Of a DNA stretch of 64,000 bases, positions 1 through 12,895 are shown piece after piece. The first letter of the stretch is position 1, and every line of letters begins with the position of its first letter. The translations under genes and the position numbers were made by a program. The notes beneath the pieces were generated by a model that saw only the letters and a program-made list of their open reading frames with translations, was not told where the DNA came from and searched no databases. This stretch comes from Chara braunii (taxonomy: Eukaryota; Plantae; Charophyceae), in NCBI GenBank assembly GCA_003427395.1, contig BFEA01000022.1, positions 2,629,608 through 2,693,607 of the forward strand, written 5' to 3'.

Positions 1-3000
1 GCCTGTTCGTTGGGCCGGCGGGTTCCCGCCACGACCTGCTCCGTGAACCGGCGCGCCGCCCGTCGCAAACACGCCGCCCCTCCCGGCCTCCCCAAACCTT
101 CTTGCCCTCCTGGAAAGTACCGGGTCTCGCGTGTGGGACCCTGCCGCCGCGGGCGGTGTCTCGCCTGGGCCCGTCACGCGAAACCCGCCTTTTCCTTTAG
201 GGTATTAGAGAAATGAAACAATGAAACAAAATACTCGTACGTTCCGTAACACATTGCAGGGGGAGGCCTCTGATATACAACTGCAAACACACGAGAATCA
301 ATGCGAGCGATCGATCACCCACCAAAAGGAAATCACTCCGGGGAGCCTATAGTGTTTGAAGTCCCTTGGCCAGAAAACTGGTCGGTAGCAAAGTCCAGGA
401 AAACTCGCCCCGTACCCCATGCTCGAGACAGCGACCGAGACTTCATCACTCCACTCCTTAGTTTGAAAACGGGGGCTATCCCCCAGCATACGCGGCCGAA
501 TCCACGACCCGTGAGTGCCGTGGAGCGAAGCGAATACGAGGAGCTCCATCAGGGGGGCAAACGACACACATTCGAAGCTTCCAGCAGGCCTCTCCGCAAG
601 TGAAAACAACCCAAGCTACCCATCAGGTATCCACCCAAGGTGATAGTGCGAGGACGGTCGCTAGATGTCAGTTTAAACATACCAATGGACCGATACACGG
701 GGCGGTCGAGGCCAAAGAGCAGATATCAACAAGACGAGGAAAAGGCAAAGATCCACCCAATCATCATTACTCCACCGACCGCCCAAGGCAACAGCGGCTC
801 CAGAGGCATCGCCCAGCACACATCGGGAGGCCGTGAGTGTGAGGTCCATATCAACCAAGCAAGAAAGGATGTGGGGAGGATGGATAGAAGGGCTGGGCCG
901 AGGGAGAAGAGGAGGAGGATACATGGAAGAGGGATTCGAGATAAGTGAATGGCTAGGACATCCATCTCCCCCACTCTACAATCACCAAGGCAGCAAGCCT
1001 CCCCCACAAGCAACACAATACGCTTGCAGCAGGTTGTATCCTTCAAAGTCGAAACGACCCCTACCCAAGATTCAAAACTAGTTCTCAACACACCCTGCAT
1101 CTCTTCTGGATAGCAGAGGACACATTCCTGCAGACATCAGACTGCGGTAGCGAACGGACCGCGTGTAGATCAAGGAATGACAGAAACACTAGATATGCCA
1201 TAAATGCAATAAAAAAGATCACGGCCATGTGGACGAAAGCGAGCAGCTCCATGATGAATCAACTGACGAAGCTTCGGGAAGCAACTTCAAAATTCCAAAG
1301 ATGAAGCATATAAAAGGGCCTACGAACGCAACCACCCATCAAAAACATCACAAGTATGCAGAGCAAAAATGCAGACCGTTAAATCCATTCACGAATACGA
1401 GGTAAACAAAGTAATCAAGAGGCACATATAATTAGGGGGGGGCGAGGGAGGGTGGAGGGAGGCAAGGGAAGGAGATAAAGTCCCAGTTGAGTGAAGCGAC
1501 TCAAAAAATGCCGACACATGGAAAGAGGGTGATGGATCGCGCCCGTAAGTACTTTTCACCGGCCTCCATCCAGCCGGATCCTCAGAGAACATAATCACTT
1601 CCATAGTGTACCGAAAGGGACATAGATCCATATGGACATGACCGAGATCCTCGAGAGACATGCATAGGTGTAGTATGGAGTAGCCCGAGAGCAAGGGACA
1701 TGTAGGAACAGGGAGACTCGTTATCACACTTAGCGCGGAAGGGGGGGGAAATGGGGGGGGGGGGGGGGTTCAGGGGCTTAGCGGGTGCTTTGCCATTCCC
1801 GGCGCCATGCTTTGTCCGATGCAACGACAATGTCCGCGGCTCAGAGTTTGAAGGATCAGTCAGCAGCCAACACAATATGGTCCGCTTGTGAGTGTCCCGT
1901 AATCTATCCACTAGGCGGATGATGCGTTATCAGTGTCCACTCCAATACCTCGGGCCAGCAGTGCCGGCGACGACAAAAGCAAGATTCGTCCGCAAGGAAG
2001 CAAGCCAGGCCCATATATTCGTCGCCACGGTTGCCGAGCGAACAGATTTGCCAAGGCAGGAAGCGGGTACTCGATGCGCTTATTGCGGCGTCAACAGCTT
2101 GGGCAAGCGGCGCATGGCGATGGCGAGAGCCTCGGCTCGTTGGCGAAGGTTGCCCAAGGCACAATGCGCGAGGCATGGAGCAAATCAGGCGCGCGTTCTT
2201 CGATGCTACAGCAGCGCAGCGTTCCGAGTTGTCAACTTCAAAGAGAACCCGGATGGGGCAAACAGACATGCAGGCAGGCGGGGCGAAGGCGGGAGCAGAA
2301 ACAAGGCGGAAAGAAGGACGCGTCCCGTGGGCGGGCTATCCGGATTCGCAGTCTGTCCCCCGAGAGTATCAGGCGCACTAGACAGATGAGGACGAGCAGC
2401 ATGCTCCGAGGGCGTTGAAGTCGGAGAGGGAGGGAGCTGTCAACTACCAATGCTATATAATCCTCCGGGTGATGCACGGACAGTGTCCCACTGGTTTCGG
2501 GAGGGGGCGAAGGCTGGATCCGGGTTTGAATCCACGCCACTCGTTCCCGCCTCCCCAAACCAGGTTGTCAATGAGGCGGTTTTTTTTTTTAGGTCACCGG
2601 GCTACCCGTGGGGGTCCCCGTTAGTCCTAGGTAAATAGCCGATCTTAGTCGGCGGTTTGTCGGCGCAGGGAAGGGTCCCTGTTTTTCCACAGGCTGGTTC
2701 TGAGTCTCGTGCCTCGCCCTTGCGAAGTCCTTTTTTTTCCCGTCATTCATGGCTCCCAGGGTCCCATTCCTAGGGTGGCTCATGATTTTGGAGGGGACGG
2801 CACAGGGGCACCCTGTTCGCGTTTCCGCAAAGGGCCATTCCATAGGTGGGTCCCATGCCGCTGTCGGGACAGAAACCCCTGTAAGGGTTTCTGCCCGTTT
2901 TTTTCAAGGTCAGACGCTGCCCGACCCTTGCTTGGATTGAAAGACTTGATGAGATTGACGTTGCCAAAGGTTATTCAGACCAACCCAATAACTAAGAAAC

Positions 3001-3415
3001 CTAAAGCCTAACGTCGATGACGTAGGACGTCGTTGACGTGTGACGTCATTGACGTTCGTTCGAAACAGCGGGAGTCGGCAGTGCGGCCTGTCATCCATGG
3101 TTTTCGACAGGGCCGCGGTGGTGCGCGGTCATGAAAAGACTAAAGTTAGACCTATTCTAGGCCTAAGCGGGCTAAAAAGGAGTCGTTGCGACGAGGTTGG
3201 GACCCCAGCGTGAGGGACAGTTAGTTTTAGGGCCCGCATGATTTTTGCGCCAAGGACCAGGGGTGATGGCATTGGGGCCGGCTGGGTCGGGTAACCGTTA
3301 AGGCTGTCGGCCGCTAACCCAGCCAGCCAGCCATGGTGGTATACAGGCTTAGCGGGCAAAGCCTGCTAAGCGCCGTACGGGGACCTGCTGGGCGGCAGAA
3401 GCCCTTCATATAGAA

Positions 3416-3541
3416 GGGCTGCTCCTTTCTGTATGTGAAAAGGAGCTAGCCCAGTAGGTACCATAGCCAAGCTGTTACCCCGTGGATATAGGGATCGAAC
3501 CCGACAACAGGCAACTGGGCTAGTTCCTTTTGGAGCAGCCC
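3416..3541 (+). other. Long hairpin inside copy A
   Basis: GGGCTGCTCC pairs with GGAGCAGCCC; AAAAGGAGCTAGCCCAGT (3438-3455) pairs with ACTGGGCTAGTTCCTTTT (3514-3531). The same stem with a different loop occurs in copy D (~38612-38717). Confidence 0.75.
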
Positions 3542-3596
3542 AACCTTTTTGCGCGGCTGTTTTCGGTCGTGCGATCGCTGAGATTCGGAGGTCTAT

Positions 3597-3655
3597 ATGG
3601 CCCTGCGCAAGGATGACACGCATAAATTGAGAAATGGTACAATTTTTTTTTTTTT
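3597..3655 (+). ncRNA. U6: U6 snRNA 3'-half fragment inside copy A
   Basis: ATGGCCCTGCGCAAGGATGACACGCATAAATTGAGAAATGGTACAATTTT matches the plant U6 ISL/3' region and is followed by a T-run. The 5' half, including the ACAGAGA box, is absent. Confidence 0.85.
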
Positions 3656-4290
3656 CGATCCCTGGGGGATCGAACTTGGGTCTGGATTTCATCAGTTCGT
3701 GGGCTCCCCCATGAACGTGATGTGACCGTTGGCATAAGCCAACGGAAAAAAAANNNNNNNNNNNNNNNNNNNNNNNNNNNNNNNNNNNNNNNNNNNNNNN
3801 NNNAAAAAAAAAAAAAAAAAAAAAGAGCTAAAACGAAGTGCCACTTGGCACACCTGGATGTGACTGGGGCATTTCAAGCCCCAGTGCTTCGACAGTGCCC
3901 GCCCGTTTAAAACGGGCAGCTATGGGCCTCGCTGCACCACTCTCGAAATGGGCAAAACGAGAGTGAATCGTCCACTAGAATATGGAAAGATACACGGCCA
4001 TGATTTTTGTCTTTTGTGCATTTCAAGATTAGTGCAGTGAGGCCCTGTCTTAGGTAGATTTCCTTTTTTTGTTTTTCTTTTTATTTGTTTTAGATTCTGT
4101 CTAGATTTTATTCTTATATTTTGTTTAGATTTTTCTTTTTCTTTCCTTTTGAGTACCTGTTCGTTTTTGAACGAACGGGCAGCTCAAAAGCTCGACTGTT
4201 TCGTCGGACTTCCACCGACTCATCAGGAGGTTGTACCCCGACAGTCTGCTGATCGGGGTGAACCTTCAACCAGAACATGGAGACATACAC

Positions 4291-4295
<5 letters not shown>

Positions 4296-4357
<62 letters not shown>
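4296..4357. repeat. (AG)n microsatellite inside copy A
   Basis: Direct dinucleotide run; the homologous (CT)n run in copy D is at ~37612-37694. Confidence 0.95.
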
Positions 4358-4361
<4 letters not shown>

Positions 4362-5264
4362 AAAGCCCATCAGAGAGTGCCCGTTCGTTTTGAAACGGGC
4401 TGCTCTCTTGGGCCACCGCGCGCCTGTATCAGACGCCCAGCTTGCACCAGATACAGGCGCAGGGTAGGGGGCAAGGAAACCCTTTGAGCTTGACTCCAGT
4501 CCGACTCCGATAAATAACTGGGGTGGGGGCAGCCATTCGTTTCGAACGGCGAGTTGGCCCTCACAAAGAAATGAAGGGGTTAGGAAAGAAAAAAAAGGGG
4601 GAAAAGAGAAGGAGAAGAAGGAGAAGTTGGGAAAAAAAAACGGCCACGGATTTAACCGCGGCCTCAGTCCAGATGCAGGTTTAGAAGCATCTGGACTTTG
4701 ACAAGACAGCAGACGGTTGGATTCAACAGTCTGCTGAAAAAGGCTTTGTACAGCCTTTGGTAAGCTGCGTCTGGCCGCGAGTGAAGGCCAGATGCATTAC
4801 CAAAGGTCTGAACTTAGTTTCCTTAGGGGAACATCAGACTTTATGGCCCTTGATGGCGATCTAGATCAAGGGCCAGGCTCAGATCCGAGTTTTAGCTGGG
4901 GCAAGGCAGCTGCCCTCAGCCTTCAGCCAGCTATAAAACAGCCAGCACCTAGCCAGCCAGCATTCATTTGTGGCTGGTGCTGCTGGCATTCTGCTTAGTT
5001 GAATGCTGGCTGCTGGTGTGAGGAAGCTGCTGGAGAATGAGAGAGGGCTGAGCGGAGGTCTGCAAGAGAGTGAGGGAGGAGAACTGCTGGAAGTGGCCAT
5101 AGCTGTGGAACACAGCCATAGCCGCCATCTCAGCGAGGGGGAGAGAGGGAGAGAAGTGTTGGAGGTCTGCAGGGAGCATGAGAGTGAGGGCAGCCATAGC
5201 TGCCGCTGCACTTGGTGGAGCGCGGGGGAGGTGCTGTTCGTTCAGCACGGCGACGACATCGGGT

Positions 5265-5610
5265 TTATCAACGGTAGTGGGGAAGCGCTGCCGAAATTTT
5301 GTGGCGGCGGCTATGCCTTTTCAACGGTGGTGCGGAAGCGCTGCCGAAATTTTGCGTTGGCGGCTATGCCTTTTCAACGGTAGTGCGGAAGCGCTGCCGA
5401 AATCTTGCAGCGGCAGCTGTTTTTTTCAACGGTAGTGCGGAAGCGCTGCCGAAATTTTGCAGCGGCGGCTATGCCTTTTCAACGGTGGTGCGGAAGCGCT
5501 GCCAAAATTTTACGGCGGCAACTGATTTTTTTGGCGGTGACTCGGAAGCACTGCCAAAATTTTGCGGCGGCAGCGGTGTTTCTTTTAGTGGTGGTGTGGA
5601 TGTGCTGTCC
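5265..5610 (+). repeat. ~57-bp tandem repeats (TTTCAACGGTRGTGCGGAAGCGCTGCCGAAATTTTG...)
   Basis: About 5-6 degenerate tandem units. A degenerate counterpart lies at ~36520-36760, and the core GGGAAGCGCTGCC recurs on the minus strand at ~19902 and ~19988. Confidence 0.85.
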
Positions 5611-7904
5611 AGTTTTTACGGCGCCAACGACAATTTTGAGAAGTGTCGTCAAGAGGGGGCGTGTTTTGAGGTGGTGTTGACGTTGTGATGTCCGCATATT
5701 GCGGCGGCGACGCCTCGACACAGTGGTGACATAGTAGTACTGGTCGCAAGTGGTGACAGCGCTGAGGCACTGAGGGGATTGCGTGCCAGTGGGCGATCCT
5801 TGAGGGAGTGGTGTGTATCACTTTTCTGACAATTTACTGCGGCGATCTTCTCGTCTGGAGCGTGATCTTACACGGTTTTGTTGAATGAGCCACGTCCATC
5901 TCAACTTCACTCAAGGTTAGTTGAATGACTCAGATTTCCCTTCACACCTGTGTGAACCCACACTTGCTTGACCCTGTTCTTTGAATGTTCACTGAAAGGG
6001 TAGAGGAAGTTGTGTTTTGTTTGCACGCGTGAATGGAAGTCTGACATGAGTTCGGGGAGTGCATTGTTTTCGTTTGAACCTATTGTTTGATTTGATGTGC
6101 AGGTAAGTAGAAGGATGCTTGAAATGATGATTGTTTTCTATTTTTTGCTTGCATGCATGTTGAAAGGATGGGAAGACAACTGACGACGAGAAACGGAGCG
6201 ATCACACAAAGGGGTAGAAGTGATTCGTCTAGGTTCGCCCTTGACGTCAGGCGATAAGGGTTGACCGTCTGCTATGGTAAGTGCATTACCTTTCCCTAGG
6301 AGGCATCTGAGGCGGGGGTTCGTTGCCTTAGGGGCCGACCCTGTTAGCGTCTCGGAGTGGACCGCTTAGGCGGGGGGATACCATGCTGTCGTGGTGGAGC
6401 CAGCCCGACTTCTGAGATCCGAGGCTCGCTCGGGCGAGGACGAGGGGTATCCGAGACCACCTCCTAGGGGATGGGTGTGTGCTATTCACGGGAGGTGTCA
6501 AGTTCTTGGCGGCTCACGTTAAGAAGGACCGCTATAGTTTACCCTTCTAGTGGCCGTCTTAGGAGCCACAGACGAATGGGGAACTGGTGCCATAAGAAGC
6601 CCAGTTCGTGTGTTCACTAGCTATGGATGGAGTGCGACTAGGCACTATCTTCGCGGATAGGGTTGCACCATAAGAAGTGCAAGCCTAGGACGATCAGACT
6701 AGTTGACGGAAAAAATGTAACTAAAGCATGGCCTTGAATATCTTTATATCGCAGACTGGTATTTCATCATTCGTGAAACAGAAAAAGTAATTATTGCTCA
6801 GGAGGACAAAGCGACCAACATGGATCATTCGCTGAGCTTCATCATTTGAAAATGGATCCTTGACCTCAATGAGGCATTCAACGTTCGGTCGTTGAAGTCG
6901 AGTACTGACTTGTAGAGGTGGTAGCCGAATTACTTGCATATGACATTCACGCCAAAGTTAGCGAAGTAATGAAGTCGTCACTAAAACAATAACACCCTAG
7001 AGTCTGAATTTATCTGCGTTTCTTTTCTAGCAGTCAGTATGGGGCGGAATGAAAGAACTTGGCAACGCATCTCATCAAGTCGAGAAAGTCGTGACAGTCC
7101 AGCCGTCTGGCAGGCAGAGTGCAGATGCCTTAGTCAGGCGTCATTTAAGCGTCGCATTGTGTATAGGTCATGCTTTGATTTTTTGTTGATAAGAGTTGTT
7201 TGAAGCCAAGTCAACATTTGTCGCATGCATGATTGTATTATATATAGGTTGATTTAAGAAGATATGTCAACTTACGTTGACCTGAGTCTTCTTTTGATGT
7301 TTAACTTTTGATTGTCTTTGGAAGAAGGGACTAGGATTGATTGAGGTTTTCTTACGCTTGGAATATCACGTCTTAGTCGACCGACGTTGGTCCGATTCCT
7401 GGGAGATCAGCGCCCCAGGGACAGACGGCGTTCGGGTTCACTTCGGTGTTTAACCATGCGTACCTATGCTACAGCGAGCGAGCAAACGCCCTCGGCCGGC
7501 CTACCTCTGCAATTGCATTATAAAAGTTTTCACATGTGGGTCGGTAGCTCGGCGGGGATACGCCCCTAAGGGTGGTGACAGCCCCTTAGGGAAGGTAAGT
7601 TGTGCCCCACGGAAACCTATCCTGTCGTAGGGGACCGCGGGATGTACAGCTGGCGCACTCGGTCGGAGCGGCGAAGGGTCGGCGCGGGTTACCGTGTCAT
7701 CCCCGAGTTGTCTCTAGAAAGTTAAAAGACTAAGTTTCTCCTGCGTGACGCGGCTGGGAGGGCCCTCGCTCGCGCGGGGGCCGATGCGCTCGACACCGCA
7801 AGCACGAAATGTGGGCACGTAGGTACCTGGCACCCGACCATCAGCATTCCATTGTATTTTAATAACCTCTCCTATGTTTGCCTAAGCCCAAGTGCAAGAG
7901 TGAG

Positions 7905-7925
7905 TGCGCACGCGCACGCGCGCGC

Positions 7926-7997
<72 letters not shown>
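7905..7997. repeat. (CG)n/(TG)n microsatellite
   Basis: Direct dinucleotide runs. Confidence 0.95.
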
Positions 7998-7999
<2 letters not shown>

Positions 8000-9666
8000 A
8001 ACCATCCGCGTTTCATCGGGAATAACCAGCAAAGAGTGGCCAGATGAAAGGGAAACTGGCATATTAAGAAAAAGCAACCAATGTTCTATACGTGATTCCT
8101 CTCTGCATCCCGTAGGGTATGGGCCAGTCTCTGTCTTTGTTAAAGACCTTTAGAATGTAGTCTCAGGAAACCCCCCATGGGCCACGGCATCAGCGAATGG
8201 GTTAAGGGGTGTGGCTTTCGACCATGCGAAAGTTCAGGGCCGAAAGTTGGACCTGCAGCCTCTGAAAAGTCTCTAGAAGTCCTTAGATTGGTAGGCTTGG
8301 GGTCAGGGCTCAAATTAAGGTACCCGGGGCCTCTAGAAGTCAATATTAGACCCTATGAAACTCAACAGTCAATCCCTACCTGGTCCAGAAGTCGAAGAGT
8401 CTAAGATTTCGCCAACAGTTAACCACGGCATGCATCACACGTTCAACACTCTGGAAGCTTCCAAGGCCAGCTGAGTCCACATACTCACTGGCTGTGACAA
8501 ATTGTTGGCCGTGAATTCTCAGCTGTCAGAGGAGGGGGAGGTCCCAGTGGTGGCAACACTACGAAAGAACGGCCTGCCCGGTCTGGGTGATTCATTCTGC
8601 CTTGCACTTGTTGGAGTGCTTCTAGGAGCCAGTGGAGAGAAGAAGGCCGACAGAGAGAGTGTGAGGGTGCTGTAGCTGGAGGTGCTGATGCACCCTAGTG
8701 AGAGAAGAGGAGAGGTATGATGTAGAGCCCGAGGTTTGGGGGGAAGAGGAAGCTTACTTGGAGAGTGCTTCTCCCGAGTGTTCAGGCATAGCTGGTGCAG
8801 AGGAGGCCAGCAGTTGCATGCGCTCTTCATCTTCGTCCAAGGTTCAGAGGTATGTGGACTTGGATATGTCTGGCGCCATACAGAGAAGGGTCTGTGGTGG
8901 ACATTTGTAGGAGGACGTAACCATTGTAGAGGGATTGGCAAGGAGGAGGAGGAAGCACCTTTTGGCCGGCGGCCATAGCTACCCAAAGACTCCGAAAGTA
9001 GGAGCAAGACCAGCCTTCATTGTTCAAGATTTCTGTTGGCGCATGTGCAATAGAGAGAATGTCTGGCACTGGTGTTGGTGAGGTCATGGGATGAGAGGGA
9101 AGGTTACCATAACTTCAGGGTGGGAATGTGGCCGTGATTGAAGTTGGAGCCTCCATGCTGCTTCAGAAGGTAGACATTATTCTTCAAGTTCCAGCATTAT
9201 TGCACTACAGTCTTCACACTAATAAAGCACCTGGTCATTATCGCTGTATAAACTGAAAGTTGCCCCAAATGCAGCTATAATGACCAGGCATTCTATTCGG
9301 GTGATGACGGTAGCCTGGGATAGGCCAATGCTGTAGAGAGATTGAATTGCCACGTGACATTGTGTCTAGTCTGGCGATGGAGTGCAGAGTCACAGGCCAG
9401 AAAATACATTGAGGTGGCGATACAGAATCCGAATGGAGAAGACGAAGAAGCAACTTGAACGCTGTAGCAATTGGCTATATTTTACAGATATTCACATGCT
9501 TTTGCTCACTCTTGTTGCTCATTGATGTCTCAATTTGGTGGTTATCATTGATCGTGAAGTTCTGAAGTCAGGCTCATTACAGCTGTTTCTGGTAGGAGGT
9601 ATTCAGTAAAGAACAGGTGGTGAGTGGAAAGGGGTGCCTGCTACGAATAAGAATGGTGTGGATGAC

Positions 9667-9790
9667 GTCCTCAGGGACATCCGTTAAAATTGGAACCATA
9701 CAGAGAGGACTACGGTAGCATGGCCACTGTGCAAGGATGACACACGTAAAATTTATAACTTGAGAGATGGTCCCCAAAAAAAGGGAAAAA
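9667..9790 (+). pseudogene. U6: Processed U6 snRNA retropseudogene
   Basis: Full-length degenerate U6 (GTCCTCAGGGACATCCGTTAAAATTGGAACCATACAGAGAGG...AGCATGGCCACTGTGCAAGGATGACACACG...GAGATGGTCC) with an A-rich tail. Flanked by a ~16-bp near-perfect duplication GAATGGTGTGGATGAC / GAATGGTGTGGGTGAT, typical of LINE-mediated TPRT. Confidence 0.88.
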
Positions 9791-10621
9791 CGAATGGTGT
9801 GGGTGATCGCGCTGAGGATACGATGGCACCAGCAATGTTTCTCAAGCTCATGTGAAAGGAGCTGCCCTTCAAGATGCCCTGAGCTACAGTACGAGAGTGG
9901 GTATGATGTATCACTGTATCGCAGTGCTTGGGGGGACACCAGACTGTCTTTGAACTGCAGTGCCTGAGCATCACCTGGTATTTGCCAATATGACACAAAG
10001 TATAATGGCAAAGATAGGCAAAAGGCGCTACAACATTAAACATGGCAGTGGTAGAGGCTGGTAGGAAGTAGAAAAGGGCAGTCATGCTGCAGTAGGGCTA
10101 CTACATTGTTGTTGCATTGATAATTGGAGGCGACAAGTTGGCTTTTCTTTATCAAGACGCTTCAGTGTTCTGTTTGCTCCTAATTGATATGGATTCCACT
10201 TTGGTATTCTACTTTCAACTCGGCTCAATCATGCTTGGTCTTCTATGAGATTTTGCATTCTGGAAAATTTGGTTTTCTCATTGCGTGGCTCCTTGCTGTT
10301 CTAGGTGCAGGAGGGGTTGCATTTTCAGATATATTGCAGTTCCTCTCTTGTATGTCTTTATCTTCTAAGGTGATGGACACTAAATGTATGGATATGTGGA
10401 GTACACTAGCGGATGGTGAGCCAAGAGGATGATGACATGAGGTTATTCTAGAGGTCCACAATCACCTTCTGATTCTTCAGGCCCAATAACCCCATCCACC
10501 TGGATGGATGTAACCTTGTTGCATATATGGATCACCCGAGATGCCATCAAAGAAATCAACAAATAACCTCAGTTTTTCTGTGACAATTGCCTGTTTTGTT
10601 TTATTGTACTGAGAATCGCAG

Positions 10622-10696
10622 GTTAAGAAAGACAAGAATGAGAGACCATTTCTCATGTCCGGGTGCAAAGTGGCAGATGGCCAGGGGAAGATGCTG
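10622..10696 (+). CDS. ACA: Internal exon of an autoinhibited P2B-type Ca2+-ATPase (ACA8/9/10-like), actuator domain
   Basis: cag|GTT...CTG|gt boundaries, phase 0, 25 codons: VKKDKNERPFLMSGCKVADGQGKML, matching the PFLMSGCKVADG motif of plant ACA pumps. Not in the ORF track. Confidence 0.85.
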
Positions 10697-10905
10697 GTTT
10701 GTTGATCATCATGATCTGATATCCCTTGATTCTATGTTTCTCTTTTTGAACTAAGCACGAGTTGTGCAGATTTATGTGTGGGCCTTGTCCAACCAGCTAC
10801 TGTTAGTGCTGTGTAGAATTGGCCGTCTTGCATCTCATCTATCAAAGGCCAACAAAATCATTTTGCACATCAGCTGACTAGTGTCTGAACCCAAAAAAAA
10901 AGATA

Positions 10906-11149
10906 CGTACGTTCTATTCAATTACCTCGGAAAAATGGGTTTTCTGAAATCGCCTAGGCTGGGCCGCCTATCGGCCGGGCGGGCCCAGGGGGGTCCGCCC
11001 GGGAAATCCAAGCGGCCCCAAAACCCAGCAGAGATTTTTTTTTTTTTTTTTTTTTTTTGAAGCCGGGGTTTTTCTGCGCTACCCTAAAGGACCCCGAATC
11101 TGCAATTAAAAAACTGAAGTTGGGTGTGTGGGGGGGGCGCTGGGGGCGG

Positions 11150-11217
<68 letters not shown>

Positions 11218-11222
11218 GTCCG

Positions 11223-11259
<37 letters not shown>

Positions 11260-11349
11260 CCATCGATAGGATGAGCAAAATCGAACGAATCTACCGCTAG
11301 AATATCGAAATAGACACCACTGCACGCGCGAGCGCACACATGTGTGTGT

Positions 11350-11434
<85 letters not shown>

Positions 11435-11435
11435 N

Positions 11436-11486
<51 letters not shown>

Positions 11487-12202
11487 TTTTCCAACCATTC
11501 ATGCAGAGAGATAGAGAGAGGCTACTTCCATCGATAGGATGAGCAAATCGTAGAAGAAGAAGAAGAAGCGAAGAAGAAGAAGAAGAAGCTCTTTCTCTCT
11601 CTCTCTCTCGCGCGCGCGCGCAATTTTTTTTTTTGTGTGTGTGTGCAATTGACCCACTTAGCTTGGCGGCGGCGTGGGACCGCGATGGCAGCCTTTGGCG
11701 GGCGGCAGCGTGGTGACGCGCGATGGCGGGCGTCGACGAGCGTTGGCAGGGTATTCGGAGCTGCCGGCGTCGTACGAATACGGGCGAAGGGAGGCGTCGG
11801 GTGGGTGTGTGGGGGAAAAAAAAAGGGGCCCGTAGTTCCCGCCTCGCGGAATTTAAATCGCGGCCCATCTGGGCCGTCGATCTTGGAGATCGACGACGCA
11901 GATCGGGCCCGATTTCGAATTCCAGAAGTCGAGCCTACCGGCCCCTTTTTTTTTCCATTGGCCTGGATGGTCTCCTGTGGGGGCAAAAAGGCCCTCTGCG
12001 TCGAAATTGGTCGAATCGAACCCCCCTTCCAAAATGCGTTGGGGTTGCCCGGTGGCCAACCGGCCAGGCGCCCCCCCCCCCCCCCCCCCTGGGCAACGAC
12101 CATGACGTCGGGCGGCCCGGGGACCAGCCTATAAAATCGCTGATTTTTCCCCAAATAAAACGTACGATCAAATATAACGTGCGTATTTGAATACAACATA
12201 CG
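10906..12202. mobile_element. Non-autonomous TIR element with TA TSD (Tc1/mariner-type MITE-like), microsatellite-rich interior
   Basis: ta|CGTACGTTCTATTCAATTAC ... GTATTTGAATACAACATACG|ta; 20-bp imperfect TIR with 17/20 matches. Confidence 0.75.
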
Positions 12203-12895
12203 TACATTGCATTCAAATATTTGCTAACTTCACTTTTTTTTTAAATCAGAAAATTCTGAAAAAAAAAGGGTTGTACTGTTGTAAAACGTTGCAATATGAA
12301 CAACATTTATTTGAGGGTCATGTCGAAATTCACAGCTGAATTTGAGAAAAAAAATAAAAACATGAATAAAAATATATTTAGACGTCCATTTTTTTAAGGG
12401 CATTTTGTGTGTTTTCTGATTTCTGTGAGAAATGAGCCCTCACGATGTCGCACTTTTTCCAAGTCAGGCCACATCTGGCGACCGGAAAGCCAATAGGCTG
12501 ATACGCAAGATTTTGCTGAATTTTGCAATAATTAAATAAATTAAATAATGCAAATCCCTTCCTGTTGTGTGCGTCTGGCTTTAAGCAAGACCCTTCAATT
12601 ACGGTCTTCGCCAGTCCCCGGTCTTAGGAATCTTTTATTCTGATTCAGAACAATAAAGATGATGCAAATAATAATTATAAAATTTTTGTGTGCCATGCAT
12701 GTATCAATTCTGCCAATTTACTAATTTTGAGAACTGTGACAAGATCATCAGGAAACATAACTTCAATCAAAGTCAACGCAAATGAAGCAAGACTGACCGA
12801 CTGAAGGCAAAGACGAGTAAATGAGGGAAGGTGAGAACTCGTAATAATCCAAGAAGTACAAATGAAAAAACATGGCCAACACTCGTTTAGAGTCC

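Larger units (their letters stand above)
2862..7795 (+). mobile_element. Non-coding TG...CA element, NCGY family copy A (~4.9 kb; solo-LTR-like or non-autonomous)
   Basis: Starts TGTCGGGACAG and ends GCGCTCGACA. Exact 4-bp TSD CCGC (2858-2861 / 7796-7799). Collinear diverged inverted copy at 33992-39324. No transposase or pol ORF. Confidence 0.9.

Noticed and set aside
250-2450. Overlapping ORFs suggesting a decayed retroelement
   Set aside because: No diagnostic motif or termini could be identified.
3650-3710. Hammerhead ribozyme (CTGATGA...GAAA on the minus strand), i.e. a retrozyme interpretation
   Set aside because: No stem III or cleavage triplet, and the core is not conserved in copy D (CTGGTGA).
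8380-9087. Possible minus-strand host gene fragment (S/P-rich ORF 8519-9007)
   Set aside because: Interrupted by stops and no recognisable domain; cannot be supported without a search.
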